Shown here: one piece after another, positions 63,236-64,000 of the stretch | Layout: each line of letters opens with the position of its first letter | Position numbering within the stretch: the first letter of the stretch is position 1 | Assembly (NCBI GenBank): GCA_036339735.1 | Contig: JAYZAL010000064.1 | Span: 64,001-128,000 of the forward strand | From: Candidatus Poribacteria bacterium | GTDB taxonomy: Bacteria; Poribacteria; WGA-4E; UBA9662 | Length of the DNA: 64,000 bases | Direction of reading: 5' to 3' | The notes under the pieces: model-generated | What the model saw: the letters and a program-made list of their open reading frames with translations, nothing else | What the model was told of the DNA's origin: nothing | Databases searched by the model: none | Translations under genes and position numbers: made by a program

Positions 63236-63772
63236 ATGATTAAACGACTTTTACTTCGACTCAGCGACTGGGATATTCGCCTTTTTATGCGGATTTTCAA
63301 CCTTAATGGGCGTCGATTGTCGGATCATCTAATGTACTTGATATCAAAGACAGGAGACGGTCATCTTTATATTGCGATTATACCCTTTCTTCTGATTTTT
63401 CACCCCGACTTATCAGAAGGAAAATTGATTTTCGCAACCGGAGCAGTTGGATTCGTTGTCAAATTGTCAATATATACCTTATTGAAAAAAAAAATCAAAC
63501 GAACTCGCCCATTTGATGTGTTCGAAGAAGTTGAATTTTTGATTCCACCACCGGATCGGTTTAGCTTTCCTTCAGGGCACACCGCTGGTGCCGTAATGGC
63601 TGCTATTGTACTTGGCCATTTCTACACTTTCTTGCAAATTCCACTGGTCATATGGTCCTGTTTGGTTGGTTTTTCCAGAGTTTATCTTGGTGTCCATTAT
63701 CCGACTGATGTTGCCGCAGGAGTGATATTAGGTATTTTAAGTGCCAAAGTCGGTTTTTTTGTAACTACCTAA
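63236..63772 (+). CDS. PAP2-family membrane phosphatase
   Basis: K....R.RP, SFPSGH, SRVYLGVHYPTDV. Confidence 0.94.
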   Translation: MIKRLLLRLSDWDIRLFMRIFNLNGRRLSDHLMYLISKTGDGHLYIAIIPFLLIFHPDLSEGKLIFATGAVGFVVKLSIYTLLKKKIKRTRPFDVFEEVEFLIPPPDRFSFPSGHTAGAVMAAIVLGHFYTFLQIPLVIWSCLVGFSRVYLGVHYPTDVAAGVILGILSAKVGFFVTT

Positions 63773-64000
63773 AAGTTATCCGGCACTACAATTTTTGTCA
63801 TCCAACAAGTGTCTTAAAAATCGATTATAAAATTGAGTGGGCAGAAAGTTTTTTCCCAACTGAATCAGCTGAATTAAAAGTGAAACGAATAGAAAATTCG
63901 AGGTCTTCTGTGCTGAAATCCTAGGTTATCTATGTGAAGAGTAATTTCTATTTATCTCAAAATCAGAACCGAAAAGACTAAATTTAAATTCCAAGAAGGG

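Overview
AT-rich (about 40% GC by eye), gene-dense bacterial chromosome segment. I found no rRNA, tRNA, CRISPR array, integrase or transposase. It begins with a flagellar basal-body operon (flgG-flgA-flgH-flgI, flgI cut by the window edge). The rest is a mosaic of housekeeping genes (purB, infA, queG, dsbD, bioD, mobA, bfr, rfaE2, cysteine synthase, YitJ-like) and many catabolic enzymes (3 PhyH-type dioxygenases, 2 sulfatases, a sulfotransferase, 2 Gfo/Idh/MocA, 2 sugar-phosphate isomerases, GH32, UxuA-like, AKR, SDR). This gene mix plus flagella and low GC resembles free-living marine Candidatus Poribacteria (inference only, no search run). Best leads: (1) an operon with a ~300-nt G-U-rich structured leader followed by an isomerase, a cysteine synthase and a DUF1015 protein with SerK/SbnI-like motifs; (2) a split lipoprotein/DUF350/DUF2617 plus Tat-lipoprotein FAD-oxidoreductase module of the polyamine/envelope-stress type; (3) a hairpin leader with an IRE-like CAGUG upstream of bacterioferritin, divergent from a Rieske protein; (4) a GluR0-like ligand-gated K+ channel; (5) IF-1 with a basic N-terminal extension; (6) a 28-blade YCF48-like lipoprotein. 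All family calls come from motif recognition by eye.
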